Shown one piece after another: positions 39,260 to 53,131 of a DNA stretch of 64,000 nucleotides (position 1 is its first letter; every line of letters starts with the position of its first letter). Below the pieces are notes generated by a model. It was not told the DNA's origin. It saw only the letters and a list, made by a program, of their open reading frames with translations, and made no database searches. The stretch covers positions 39,680,001 through 39,744,000 of the forward strand of contig CP068257.2 in the NCBI GenBank assembly GCA_009914755.4, read 5' to 3'. This stretch comes from the human T2T-CHM13v2.0 reference genome, Homo sapiens. Made by a program: the position numbers and the translations under genes.

Positions 39260-41860
39260 TTCCACATGTGGGTGAGAACACGTGGTAGTTGTCTTTCTGT
39301 GGGTGCGTTATTTCTGTTAGCATACTGTCCTCCATGTTCATCTACATTGTCACAAATGACAAGATTTCCTTCTCTTTTAGGCTGAATAGTATTCTATTGT
39401 GCACTCTGTTATACCACATTTTCCTTATTCATTCATTCATCGATGGGCACATAGATTGATTCTGTATTTGGCTATTGTGAATAATGCTGCAGTGAACCTG
39501 GGAGTGCAGATCTCTCTTTGACATACTGATTTCATATCCTTTGGATATATGCTCAGATGTGAGATTGCTTTATCATATATTCTACTTTCAATTATTTGAG
39601 GAATCTCCATACTGTTTTTCCATAATGGTTATACTAACCTACATTCCACCAATAGCATATAGGGTTTTCTTTGCTCCACATCTTCACCAACACTCATTAT
39701 CTTTCCTGTTATTAGTAATAGCCATTCTAACAGGTGTGAGCTGATATCTCCTCATGCGTTTGCATTGCCCTGATTATTAGTAATATTGAACATGTTTTCA
39801 TATACGTTTTAGTTATTTGTATGTCTTCTTTGGAAAAATCTTTATTCAAGTTCTTTATCCATTTTTCAATCATGTTTTTTATTTGTTTTCTTGTTATTGG
39901 TTCTTTGGGTTCCTTGTATGTTTTGGATATTAATCACTTATCAGATTTACACTTTGCAAATATTTTCTCCCATTTTGTAGGTTGTCTCTTCACTCCGCTG
40001 ATTGTTTCCTCTGCTGTGCAGAAGCTTTTTGGCTTGATGTAATTCCCTTTGCCTGTTTTTGCTTGTGTTGCCTGTGCTTTTAGGGCATATTCCCCAAATC
40101 ATTGCCCAAACCAACATCATGGAGCTTTTCCCTTATATTTTATCTAGTAATTTCATGGTTTCAGGTTTTATGGTTAAGTCATTAATTTATTTTGAGTTGA
40201 CTTTTTATGTGGTGTGAGATGAGGATCTAATTTCATTCTTCTGCATATGGATATCCAGTTTTCCCAATACCATTTATTGAAGAGACTGTCCTTTCTCCAT
40301 CAACTTGAGTTGATGTTATGAAGTTAACTGTGAGCTTTTCATATGTGGTCTTTATTGTGTTAAGGAACATTCCTTTATCATGAAAGGATTTCAATTTTGT
40401 CAAATTCTTTTCTTGCTTCTGTTTTCTGTCTAAACCATATGACATTATCATACAGTTTTTGTCCTTCATTCTGTTGATGTGGTAATCACATTATTGATTT
40501 GTGTATGTTGAATCATACTTGCATCTGTCCTTGCAAGGACAGATCCCACTTGGTCATGGCAATTTCGTTTGGATATTTGGCCCTGCCCAAATCTCATTTG
40601 GAATTGTAATTCCCAGTGCTGGAGGTGGAGCCTGGAGGGAGGTATTTGGATGATGAGGGTGCATGCCTCATGGCTTGGTGCTGCCTTCACGATAGTGAGT
40701 TCTTGTGAGATCTGGTCATTTAAAAGTGTGTGGCATCTCCCCCTGCCGCTCTATCTCACTTGCTCCTGTTTTCACCATGTGACATGCCTGCTCCCCTTCA
40801 CCTTCCACCATGATTGTGATTGTAAGCTTCCTGAGGCCTCCCTAGAAGTTAAGCAGATGCCAGTACCAAGCTTTCTTTAAAGCCTGCAGGACCATGAGCC
40901 AATTAAACCTCTTTATAAATTACTCAATCTTAGATATTTCTTTATAGCAATGCAAGAATGGACTAATACACATGGTGAATGATTTTTTTAATAGCTTGTT
41001 GAATTCAGTTTGCTAGTATTAATATTTTGTTGAGGAATTTGGCATCTACGTTCATCCGGGATATTGACCTACACTTTTATTTTCTTGTAGTGCCCTTGTC
41101 TGGCTTTGGTATCAGGGTAATGCTGGCCTCATAAAGTGAGTTTGGAAGCATTCCCTCCTCTTCAATTTTTTGGAAGAGTTTGAAATTGATTGGTATTAGT
41201 TCTTTAATTGGTTGGTAAAATTCAGCCATGAAGCCATCTGGTCCTGGGATTTTTTTTGATGAGAGACTTTTTATTACTGACTTCGTCTCCTCACATTTAT
41301 TGGTCTGTTCCTTTTTTCGGTGTATAATTGTCCACAATAGTCTCTTACGATACTTCAGTGTGTCTGTGGTATCAGCGGTGATATCTGCTCTTTCATTACT
41401 GATTTTATTTGAGTCTTCTCTTTCTTTTTTTCTCAGTCTAGCTAAGAGTTTGTCAATTTTATCTCTTTTCAAAAAAACCAAGTCTGTTTTTTTGGCCTTT
41501 TCTATTGTTTTTCTAGTCTCCATTTCATATACTTCTATTATGATTGTTGTCATTTTTTTCATTCTGCTAACTTTGGGCTTAGTTTGTTCTTCATTTTCTA
41601 TTTTCTTGATGTATAACCTTAGGTTGTTTATGTGAGACCTTTTTTTAATGTACGCATTTATTACCATAAACTCCTCTGTTAGAACTGTTTTGCTGTATGT
41701 CGTAAGTTTTGATATGTTGTGTTTCTGGTTTTTTTTTTTTTTGTCTCAAGATAGTTTTTAATCTCCCTTTTAATTTCTTCTTTGATCCATTGGCCGTTCA
41801 GAAGCCAGTGTTGTTTGATTTCTACATATTTTTGAATTTTCTGAAATTACTTTTTGATAT
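39260..41860 (-). mobile_element. Old L1 (antisense), ORF2 region, split by a MaLR solo LTR at 40563-40970
   Basis: Antisense L1 motifs ('ctgaatagtattctattgtgcactctgttataccacattttccttattcattcattcatcgatgggcacatagattgattc...gctattgtgaataatgctgcagtgaac'). The minus-strand ORF 41077-41667 (196 aa) is the L1 ORF2 N-terminal region ('...[19 protein letters not shown]'). Confidence 0.8.
40563..40970 (+). mobile_element. MaLR (MST/THE1-type) solo LTR nested in the antisense L1
   Basis: 'tttggatatttggccctgcccaaatctcatttggaattgtaattcccagtgctggaggtggagcctggagggaggtatttggatgatgagggtgcatgcctcatggc...gcaagaatggactaatacac'. L1 antisense sequence resumes on both sides. Confidence 0.8.
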
Positions 41861-44313
41861 GGCTTGAATCTGTGTCCTCACCAAATCTCATGTTGAATTG
41901 TAATCCTCAATGCTGGAGATGGGGCCTGGTGAAATGTGATTGGATCATGGGAGTGGATTTCTTATGAATGGTTTAGCACCATCTTCTTGGTGCTGTTCTC
42001 ATGATAATGAGTGAGTTCTCATGAGATCTTGTTGTTCAAAAATGTGTGGTACCTCCCTCTTCTCTCTCTTGTTTCTGCTCTGGCCATGTGATATGCCTGC
42101 TACCCCTTTGGCTTCTGCCATGATTGTAAGTTTCCTGGGGCCTCCCCAGAAGCTGAGAAGATGCCAGCATTATACTTCTTGTACAGCCTGTGGAATCGTG
42201 AGACAATTAAAACCCTTTTCTTTCTAAATTACCCAGTCTCAGATATTTCTTTCTGGCAGTGCAAGAATGGACTAATACAGAACATTGGTACATAGGAGTG
42301 GAGCATTGCTATAAAGATATATGAAAATAAGGAAGCAGCTTTGGAACTGGGTAACAGGCAGAGGTTGGAGAGTTTGGAGGCTCAGAAGACAAGAAGATGA
42401 GGGAAAGTTTGGAACTTCCTAGAGACTAGTTGAATGTTTGTGACCAAAATGCTGATAATGAGATGGATGGTGAAGGCCAGGTTGATGAAGTCTCAGATGG
42501 AAATGAGGAACTTATTGGGAAATGGAGCAAAGGTCACTTTTATTATACCTTAGCAAAGAGCTTGGCTGCATTGTGCCCCTGACCTAGGGATCTGTGGAAC
42601 TCTGACCTTGACAGTGATCATTTAGGGTATCTGATGGAATAAATTTCTAAGCAGCAAAGCATTTAAGATATGGCCTGGCTGCTTCTAATAACCTGCGCTT
42701 ATAAGTGTGAGCAAAGAAATGACCTAAAGTTGGAAATTATATTTAAAGGGGAAGCAGAGCATAAAAGTTTGGAAAATGTGCAGCCTGGCCATGTGGTAGA
42801 AAAGAAAAGCCTGTTTTCACAGGAGGAATTCAAGCAGGCTGCAGAAATTTGCATAAGTAAAAAGAAGCCAAGTGCTATTAGCCAAGACAATGGGAAAAAG
42901 TCTCCAAAGGCATTTCAAAGACCTTTGCAGCTGCCCCTCTTGTCACACAGGCCCAGAGGGTTAAGAATACAGAATGGTTTCATGGGTCAGCCCCAGGGCC
43001 CCACTAACCTGTTCAGCTTCTAGACACTGTTCCCTGCATCTCAGCAGCTCTAGTTTCAGCCATGGCTCAAAGGGGCCCAGGTATAGCTCAAGCTGCTGCT
43101 TCAGAGGGTGCAGGCCATAAGCCTGGGGGGTATTCACATGATATTAAGCCTGCAGGTGCACAGAATGCAAGAGTTAATGCTTGGGAGGCTCCACCTAGAT
43201 TTCAGAGACTATATGGGAAATCCTGAGTGCTCAAGCAGAAGCTGCTGCTGGGGCAGAACCTCTACTAGAACAGTGCAAAGGGGAAATGTGGGGTTTGAGC
43301 CTTCACACTAGTCCCCACTGGAGCACTGCCTAGTGGAGCTGTGGGAAGAGGGCCACCATCCTCCAGACCCCAGAGGGGCAGATCCTGGCAGCTTGCACCC
43401 TCAGCATGGAAAAGCCACAGAAACTTAATGCCAGTTTGTGAGAGCAGCCTCAGGGACTGAGCCTTGCAAAGCCACTGGGGTGGAACCAGCTGCCCAAGGC
43501 CTTGAGAGTCCACCCCTCACACCAGTGTATGCTGGATGTGAGACATGGAGTCAAAGGAGATTGTTTTGGAGCTTTTAAGATTTGATAACTGCCCTGCTGG
43601 GTTTTGGACTCGTGTGGGGCCTGTAGCCTCTTTCTTTTGGCTGATTTTTTGCCTTTTAAAGTGGAAATATTTTACCCACTGCTTGTACCTCCATTGTGTC
43701 TTGGAAGTAAATAACTTCTTTTTGATTTTACAGGCTTGTAGGTGGAAGAGATTTGCCTTGTCCCAGATGAGACTTGGGACTTTGGACTTTTGAGTTAATG
43801 CTGGAGTGATTTTGGACTTTGGGGGACTATTGGGAAGGCATCATTGTATTTTGCAATGTGAGAAGGACAAGATATTTGGGGGACCAGGGGCAAAATGATG
43901 TGATTTGCATTTGTGTCCCCAGCAAAATCTCATGTCAAATTTTGCTCCCTGTTGTTGGAGGTGGGGCATGGTGGGAGGTGTTTGGATCACGGGAGTGGAT
44001 TCCTCACGAGTGGTTTAGCACCATCCCCCTGAGGCAGTGCTCATAACAGTGAATTTTCATGAGACGTGGTTGTTTAAAAGTGTGTGGCGCCTCCTTCCCA
44101 CCCTCACTCTCTATTGCTCCTGCTCTGGCCATGCTCCCGCTTTGCCTTCCACCATGATTGTAAGTTTCCTGAGGCCTCCCCAGAAGCTCAGCAGATGCTA
44201 GCACCATGCTTCCTTTACAGCCTGCAGAACCATGAGCCAATTAAATCTCTTTTCTTTATAAATGACCCAGTCTCAGGTATTTCTTTATAGCAATGGGATA
44301 GCGGCCTAATATA
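41855..44313 (+). mobile_element. Full-length THE1/MST-type MaLR element: 5' LTR about 41855-42280, internal about 42281-43895, 3' LTR about 43896-44313
   Basis: Both LTRs start 'tgat(a/g)tg..tt.g..tgtgtcc(tc/cc)a(cc/gc)aaatctcatgt' and end 'gcaa(tg)(caa/gga)(gaatg/tagcg)g(a/c)ctaata'. The internal part carries the THE1-int text '...gagacttgggactttggacttttgagttaatgctggagtgattttggactttgggggactattgggaaggcatcattgtattttgcaatgtgagaaggacaagatatttggg'. Confidence 0.8.
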
Positions 44314-44590
44314 CTTCTATTATTGATTTCTAGTTTCATACCATGGTAGTAGGAAAAGATACTTGATGCAATTTCAGTCTTCTTACATTTATTAAGTTTT
44401 GTTTTGTGACCTAACACATGGTCTGTCCTGGAAGACATTCCATGTGTGCTTGAGAAGAATGGATATTTTGTTGCTGCTGGATGGAATGCTCTGTATGTCT
44501 ATTAGATGCTTTTGGTGTAAAGAGCAATTCAAGTCTCCTCTACCCAGTGTTGATGTCCCACCAGTATTTATATGTTGAAACCTCATTACT
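44314..44590 (-). mobile_element. L1 fragment (antisense)
   Basis: '...tgatttctagtttcataccatggtagtagg...gtctattagatgcttttggtgtaaagagcaattcaagtctcctctacccagtgttgatg' is an antisense L1 ORF1/ORF2-junction motif. Confidence 0.6.
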
Positions 44591-44597
44591 CATCTGT

Positions 44598-45200
<603 letters not shown>

Positions 45201-45239
45201 ACAGACTAAGACAAAATTTAATTTTTAAAAAATTTTCTG

Positions 45240-45770
45240 CCTCGCTTACCTGTCTATTGTTGAAAGTGGGGTATTGACATTCACTACTATTATTGTATTA
45301 CAGTTTATCTCTGCCTTCAGATCTCTTAATTTTTGCATTTAGGTGCTCTGATGTTTGGTGCATACATACACACACACAATTGTTATGTCTTCTTGATGAA
45401 TTCACTCCTTTATTATCATATAATTACCATCTTTGTCTTTTTTAAAAGTTTGACTTGAAGTCTATTTAAACTGATGTAAATATAGCTATCCCTGCTCTCT
45501 TTTGGTTTCCATTTGCATGGAGTGTTTTTTCCATCCTTTCGCTTTCAACCTATACATTTTTTAAATCTGTCGAGCTCATCTGTGTCTTTTGATTACAGAA
45601 TTTAATTCATTTACATTTGTGGTAATTATTGATAGATAAGGCTTTACTACTTCCATTTTGTTCATTGTTTCCTGGTTGTTTTGTAGGTCCTTCTTTCCTT
45701 TGATTCTTTACTTGTGATATTTTATGTATAATCTACCATTTTGCTGACTATACTTCTTAGTTTAAGGTGC
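45240..45770 (-). mobile_element. L1 fragment (antisense)
   Basis: 'gtctattgttgaaagtggggtattgacattcactactattattgtattacagtttatctctgccttcagatctcttaatttttgcatttaggtgctctgatgtttggtgcatacatac...' is the antisense L1 ORF1-ORF2 inter-region. Confidence 0.7.
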
Positions 45771-45862
45771 TAAGAGTACAGTAATTCATAAAATAGAGCC
45801 AAGTCTCTACTCAAACTTAAGGTGAGAGAGTGAGAGAGTGCTTTCTGAATTCCTTTCTGCAG

Positions 45863-46023
45863 ACTTAGGATTTAAATCTGAAGTGAGCACAGCACTGTGG
45901 GTTCTATGGGTGATGATAGACAACTACTCGGGGATCTGAGTGGGATCAGTAGTGATGCAGTGAAAGATGTGTGGGGGCTGTGGGGGCATGGGAGCCTCAG
46001 GGGTGTTCAGGGCCAGGTGGGCT
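45863..46023 (+). repeat. Low-copy direct repeat, copy A (partner at 47349-47511, about 92% identical)
   Basis: 'acttaggatttaaatctgaagtgagcacagc(a/c)ctgtgggttcta(t/c)gggtgatgatagacaa...cctcaggggtgttc(a/g)gggccag(g/a)tgggctc' is shared by both copies. I do not recognise it as a known interspersed repeat. Confidence 0.85.
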
Positions 46024-46194
46024 CCTCGCATTCCAGCCTCAGGTCCCTCAATCCTCCCAAATTGCTGACCCCTGTGAAATAAGGATGCTGATGCTAGGAG
46101 AGATATCTCCAGGATCTGACATCATAGCGTCCTGGGCAAAAAGCTCAGTTCCTCACACTCAAGTGAAAGGAGAGTGGGTCAGCTGTGGTGGTCA

Positions 46195-46560
46195 GGTGTA
46201 TGTGGTATAGAGTGTATGTGTGACTGTGTGTGATATGGTATGTGTTGGGGGAGGGGATGTGTGTGGGAGTGGTGTGGTGCGTGTGTGTACATGTATGGTG
46301 TGTGTGTCTATATGGTATGGTGTGCATGCGTGTGTGGTGAGTACATGGTGTGTGTGTGAGATGTGCAGTATGTTGTATGTTGTGTGTGAATGTGTGCTGT
46401 ATATGGTCTGTGTGTGTGTGATACATCATGTGGTATGTGTGCATGAATGTGTGGTGTGGGTGTCAGTGTGTTGAGCATGTGGTGTGTTGTATGATATGTA
46501 TGGTGTGTATGTTTATAGTGTATGTGGCATGTTGTGTGATGTGTGTGTGTTTAGGGTGTC
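46195..46560. repeat. Complex TG-rich minisatellite (GTGTGTATGGTGTGT-type imperfect units), about 370 bp
   Basis: 'tgtggtatagagtgtatgtgtgactgtgtgtgatatggtatgtgttggggg...gtgtgtggtgagtacatggtgtgtgtgtgagatgtgcagtatgttgtatg...'. The minus strand reads as His/Thr-rich pseudo-ORFs. Confidence 0.85.
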
Positions 46561-46975
46561 TAAGGCTGTGTAGATGCAGAAGCTTTATAGATGCTCCACA
46601 GATGGCTGTCTTTGCTCACCAGCTCTCTTAGACCCCTGTAATCTTTCTTTTATTGTATTGCAAATTACATTGCCCACCAAGAATGTCACAATGGGCAGCC
46701 ATGGGCAGTGATTCCCAGCCCTTATGAAATTGTTACGCCTACTCAGTACCCCTCTCCTTCTTTGCTTATTTGTCACTTTAAAATGAAATCAGATTCAGTG
46801 AGCTTTGTGTCTTTAGGGGAATTCTCAGTGAAGTCTGGAAACCCTCCCCCCTCAGGTTTTCCGACCGCTGCTTGGAGTTTCTGGTATGAAGTGCTGGTGT
46901 TCTCCGCCAAGCAGCAGGTGCATCTGTAAATTACTGTGGGATGTTAATGGCTATATACTTTCTTATTCATTACAG

Positions 46976-47099
46976 CTCCAGTCCCCAAAAGGCAAAAATG
47001 TGACCACTGGACTCCCTGCCCATCTGACACCTATGCCTACAGGTTACTCAGCGGAGGTGGCAGAAGCAAGTACGCCAAAATCTGCTTTGAGGATAACCT
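46976..47099 (+). CDS. FAM3B: FAM3B coding exon 3 ([41 protein letters not shown])
   Basis: Acceptor 'ttcattacag|ctccagtcc' and donor 'gataacct|gtaagtacc'. 124 nt, frame verified codon by codon. Confidence 0.92.
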
Positions 47100-47348
47100 G
47101 TAAGTACCAGCGTTTAGAAGGAAAATAAAGCGATCCTACTGATTCTTGCCCCTTCCCTGAGGCTGACCAAGCAGCAGTTCTGCCCACAGGAGAGAACCAT
47201 ATGTCGTTGGTCTCAGGCAAAAGGCTGAGAGCATCCGAGTGGAAATGAGAAAGCTCCGCTGTATTCACCAGGGAAGGAGCTGATTGTCTGTAATGGCTGT
47301 ATGTGTCTTGTGTTTAATGGTTTTACGGTTTCGTTTGACTGCAGTTGT

Positions 47349-47511
47349 ACTTAGGATTTAAATCTGAAGTGAGCACAGCCCTGTGGGTTCTACGGGTGAT
47401 GATAGACAAGTACTCTGGGATCTGAGTAGGGATCAGTATTGATGCAGTGAAAGGTGTGTGGGGCACGTGGGGGCATGAGAGCCTCAGGGGTGTTCGGGGC
47501 CAGATGGGCTC
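47349..47511 (+). repeat. Low-copy direct repeat, copy B (partner at 45863-46023)
   Basis: See copy A. About 13 mismatches over about 162 bp, same orientation, 1.49 kb apart, and FAM3B exon 3 lies between the two copies. Confidence 0.85.
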
Positions 47512-48743
47512 TGAACAAAGTTAGACTACTTTAAAAAGCGAAGTTAGACTACTTTACTTTGAATATGTGGCAAAGTCCTTCAAAGTCATGGGAACATGAA
47601 AACTCAGCCGATAGTTTCTTCGTTTTATTTTATGATCCTCACCTTCCTGGATTAAAGCAGGTGTTGTTTCTGTTTGCAGTCCATACTTTACACTTCTTCA
47701 ATATTTTGGGAAAATCCATATAAGATTGATATTATTTCTTCTTTAAATATTTGGTGTGATTTCCCAACAAAGTCGTCCTGGCCTGGAGGGTTTTGTTTTG
47801 AGGTTTTTAACTGCAAATTTAATTGATGTAATAAGTACAGCACTACTTAAGTTATCTGTTTCTTCTTGAGTGGGCCCCATTTTTATTTTTTTATTATTTA
47901 TTTATTTTGTTTTAGTGCTTCCTTGATTTACAGCATAGCTAAACTCAGCCGAGTCTTTCTTTGTTCAGACTGAAATCAGCCATTTCTCTAAAGAGAGAGT
48001 TCCTTAATGGGATGTGGTATTTAGAAACCAAGATCTAGACACTCATGGGCCCTTGATAGGGTTCCTCCTAAGCACTTTTAGTGGACAGAACCAAGCAATG
48101 CATTTGTTTCTAAATCATGAATTTACATTAGCATTTACAATTCAAATTCAACAGTGCAGGAGTCTTACCCCCTTAAGTTCTTCGATTTTTCATTTTAACT
48201 CTTCCCTTACACTGAGAATCTTGGTTCCTAGTACTATTAACCTTCGCCTTCAAATTACAATACCAAGACTACTAACAATACAACTACTGAGTGAAGTTAA
48301 AAAATGTTGTTTGCAGTTCCTCATAGATTTAAAAATATTTTATTAAGGTTATAAAGAGTCAGATGTCTATATTAATCAAGGCTCTCCAGAGAGACAGAGC
48401 CAATGGCAGTGGGAGGTAAGAAGAGAAAGGAAAGAGTGGATTTATTTATTAGAGAAATTGGCTCATGCAATTATGGAGGCCAAGAGGTCCCACGACAGGC
48501 CATCTGCAAGCTGGAGACCTTGAGATGCTGGTAACATGGCTGAGCCCAAGTACTAAAGCCTCAGAACCAGAGAGGCAGATGGTGTAATTCTCAGTTTGAG
48601 AATCAATAGGAGATGGGAGGTCTGCTGGTATCAGTCTTGGAGTCTAAAGGCGGGGGAGCCTGAAGTTCTCATGTTCAAGGTAGGAGAAGTAGAAGGGTGT
48701 CCCAGTTCCAGCAGAAAGAGAGAGAGAGGCAAAAGGGGACTGA

Positions 48744-49049
<306 letters not shown>

Positions 49050-49509
49050 AAAGTTGTCCTTTTATAAGGAACCCATTCACTCCTGTGATAACAGCATTAA
49101 TCCATTCAGGAGGGCAGAGTCCTCATGGCCTAATCACCTCCTAAATGTCCCACCTCTTAATGCTATTTCCACATGAGTTTGAGAGGTAACAAACATTCAA
49201 CTCATAGCAATGACCAAAGTCATATGAAATAATTACTTTCCCTGTAGTTATTTTACATTGAATTAATTTCCATTTGCTTTCAATGCTAGGTTTGTTTTTC
49301 TTTGGGTTTCATTTAATTTTTGAATATATATTTATTTGGTTCAGAAATCAACATTATGTTTGAATATTACATGTCCCAAAAAAGGAGGCTCAGAGAAATC
49401 TTCCCTGTATTCTCCACCTTTTCTCCCCACCTCTTGTTCCCATCTCCATTAATTTTTTAATTAGTTTTTGATTTATTCTTCCAGTATTTCTTAATGGCAA
49501 AAAATAAGC

Positions 49510-49680
49510 TATATATATATATAAAATTAATACATACCTATGTATATTTTTATATACAGGTATATATATGCATGTATACATGTGAATATATGTATATGTG
49601 TGTATGAATATGTGTGCATATGTGTATATACACATTATACACGTATACACTCATATGTACACACACATTTATATCCTTTC
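49510..49680. repeat. AT/TG-rich simple repeat ((TATATG)n/(TGTATA)n-like)
   Basis: 'atatatatatataaaattaatacatacctatgtatatttttatatacaggtatatatatgcatgtatacatgtgaatatatgtatatgtgtgtatgaatatgtgtgcatatgtgtatatacacattatacacgtatacac'. Confidence 0.85.
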
Positions 49681-49689
49681 TTACATAAA

Positions 49690-51500
49690 AGGTGGTAAAC
49701 TCTATACACAGTTATGACCTTGGCTTTCTTCACTTAACAGTTAATAGAGATTACTCCATATCAGTACATCAGGCTTTTCCTCATTTCTTTTATTGATATG
49801 TGGTATTCCATAGCACGGATGTGTCATAGTTTATTCAACTAGTTCTGCACTGATAGGCATTTCTGATGTTTGATATCTTTTGGTATTACCAGTAATGCTG
49901 CAATAAATAACCTTATGAATATATCATTTTGTAATAAATTATGATAAGGCGAGCAGTTGTGTAACCACCATCCTGGCTAAGAAATAGACTATCACTAGCA
50001 CCCCATAAGCCCTCTGTGTACCCCTTCTGAAATGCAGCTTCTTCTTTCCTTCCTGCCCAATGGTAACCTGGATTTTTTTTGGTGGTGATTTATTTCCTCA
50101 CTTTTCTTGGTAGTTTTACTGCCTAAGCATGCATTGCAAAATACTGTTATTTAATTCAACACTTGTTTAATGTTGTCTGTTTTGGACTTTGTATAAGTGG
50201 AATCATAAACCAAATACTCTTTTGTGTCTGAGATTTATCCTTCACGTTGGATGTAGCTGTTGTTCTTAGATGTTCATTGCTGTATGATACTGCATTGCAT
50301 GAATATGTTACAGTTATCCATTCTATTGTTGAATGACATTTGAGTCATTCCCAGTTTGGGGTTATTATGAACAGTGCTGTTTATGTCTCTTGGTGCACAT
50401 GCACATACATTTTTGTTGAGTGTTTTTTTGAAGAAGGATTCTCACAACTAGCCTCAAATTCAGTGATACTCTAGAAAAATTCCTAAGACCCAATAACAGG
50501 TTACACTTATAGGTAAGTTTTCTTACAGCAAAAGACACAGAGCAAACCCTCCTGCATGTTCTGCTGATGGTGAATTCTTCCAGTTTATGTTTCTCTGAAA
50601 TATCTTTACTTCACCTTCATACCTGAAAAATAGTGTGGTCTGCTGATAGTGAATCTTTCCAGTTTACGTTTCTCTGAAATATCTTTATTTCATCTTTGTT
50701 CCTGAAAAATACTTTTGTAGGCTGTGTTAGCCATTACTTTCTTTCAGCACATTCAAGGTACTATTCCACTGTCTTCTAGGTTCTATATTTTCCTTTTGAG
50801 AAGTCAGCTGACAGTCTTATTGTCGCTGCTGTGAAAGTAACTGCCCATTGCCCTCGTCCCCGTCACCTTAGAGATTCCTTGTCTGGTTTTCAACATTTGT
50901 ACTCCAATGTGTCTTTTGTTGTTTTATCTTCTTTGGAGTTTTTTTGAGTTTCTTAAATAGGTAGGTATTGAAGTCTTTCATCAAATTTAACAAATTCTCT
51001 GCTCTTGTATCTTCTGCCCATTCACTTTCTCCTCTTCTTCTGAGATTCTTAATGAAACATATATTAGACCTTATCACTACTATAGTCTCTAGAGCCTATA
51101 GTCTATTTTGTATTTTCCATTTGTTTACCTCTCTGCTCTTTATCGTGGACAGAGTTGTTTTCCATTCACTAATTCTCTCACCCACTGTACCTAATCTGCT
51201 GTCAAACCCATTCAATCACTACTGATTTTAGGTTACTGTATTATCTTAGTTTTAGAAATTCATTCTGGTTCTTTTTAAAATCAGCATGTCAGTTTTGGTA
51301 CTTTTCAGTTCTGAAATTTTTAATTTTATCAACCATGTTTTTGAATACATTATAGTTAAAGTCTGAGTTGGATAACTCTAGCATTTAGAGTGCCTGTGAG
51401 TCTGTCACTATTATCTACTGTTTTCTGCTGGTTCCATTGTCTCTTGTGTGCGTTGGCCTTTTTCCTCACGTGTCAGGTTTCATTTGATCCTGCACCTGTT
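49690..51500 (-). mobile_element. Old L1 (L1M-like) fragments, antisense, with an internal roughly 70-bp local duplication at about 50575-50720
   Basis: Antisense L1 3'-region motifs: 'ggtattccatagcacggatgtgtcatagtttattcaactag...ggtattaccagtaatgctgcaataaataacc' and 'ccattctattgttgaatgacatttgagtcattcccagtttggggttattatgaacagtgctgtttatg'. The duplicated block reads 'cttccagtttatgtttctctgaaatatctttacttcaccttcatacctgaaaaata' then 'ctttccagtttacgtttctctgaaatatctttatttcatctttgttcctgaaaaata'. Confidence 0.6.
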
Positions 51501-52436
51501 TTTTAAAAAAATTGAGGCATGGGATGATATCTTCTTCTGAGGAATTATCTTTGCTTCTCCCAGGGACCTGGAACCTTTAGCAGAACAGGGTGACCTGAAT
51601 AAGTGTTAAAGATTTTCTGGGCCACCTAGTTGACTAAAAACTAGGCTGAAGTTTATACAAGCTCTGATTTTTTTCTGGTTTGCTCTCACTTTCAGGATTC
51701 AACCCTTTGTGACCCCAGGCCAAATAAGATGTGGGAGATTTAACATGGCCCTGACCCTGGCTTCCAACTTCTGTTCCCTTGGCTCACATGGTTGTCAGAA
51801 GGGCTGTTCACTTCCTTACACACCTTTTCTGGAATCAGCAAATTCTCCTTGGTTAAAAGTAGCTTTTAAACGCTGGACTTACCAACCTGAAATTTAGTCT
51901 TCTCCCAGATCTTGGCCTGGGAAATTCTTAACTACCTTATTTGGTCTCTAACGTATACAACCAGATCTTTAACAACAACAGCAACAACAAAACTTGCCTC
52001 ATGTTTTCTGCTTTTCTCCATGAGAAAGTCGGTTTAGATTAGCCGATTTTCTATTATCAGAAATCTCTTTCTGCTTCAAGTTATTATGGAATAGTCTCTA
52101 AACCTGTCAAAAAGCACTAAGCCTAGAAAACTCATAGGGGAGTTTAGGTAAAGGTGTCAAAACAAAATATTAAAGTTCCGTGTTCGCTATTCCAAAGCAT
52201 GGAAAAAGGAGGAAGCCTTCCAAATTATTTTCATAAAGCTAACATGTCATTGATTCTGACACTTGACAATGGGAACATGCACATATACAACATGCACACA
52301 CACAATTTCTGTGATCTTCAGCAATAATTACCATCTCCAGGTAAGTCATTTAGTTTTCCTGATTTTAGGGCACAATCCTCTTGAATTTGGCATTTCATAT
52401 TCTACAATTTAAAGGTTAAAAATTAAGTGACATACT

Positions 52437-52738
<302 letters not shown>

Positions 52739-53072
52739 TTAACAATAAAGTGCATCTGTGAAGAGCCTGAGCTAAATAAATGTTAGTTTTTCTTCCCCCT
52801 AGCCATTTGTCTAAATTATAAGATTGAATGCAGTGTCCAGGTCCCCTGAGAGTCCAGGTCCCCTGAGGGACTGAGTCTGTAGACACTGAGAATAGATGTG
52901 TGTGGATGAACATGGGGGTGGCGGTCTCGGGAGCTGCACCAAGGCGAATGCAGACTTTCAAGGAAAAGGTGGGGGACAGCAGATGAGACTGACATTTGGT
53001 CAGGCGAAGACTTCGCGGAGCGGGGAGAGTCGCACGCCTCTTGGTACTTGACTAATGCTTAGCTCCATTTCA

Positions 53073-53131
53073 GACTTATGGGAGAACAGCTGGGAAATGT
53101 TGCCAGAGGAATAAACATTGCCATTGTCAAC
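53073..53131 (+). CDS. FAM3B: FAM3B coding exon 4 (LLMGEQLGNVARGINIAIVN-)
   Basis: Acceptor 'ctccatttcag|acttatggg' and donor 'gtcaact|gtaagttac'. 59 nt. Confidence 0.9.

Noticed and set aside
41077-41667. 196-aa minus-strand ORF
   Set aside because: An L1 ORF2 N-terminal region of an old antisense L1 that is interrupted by a MaLR LTR.
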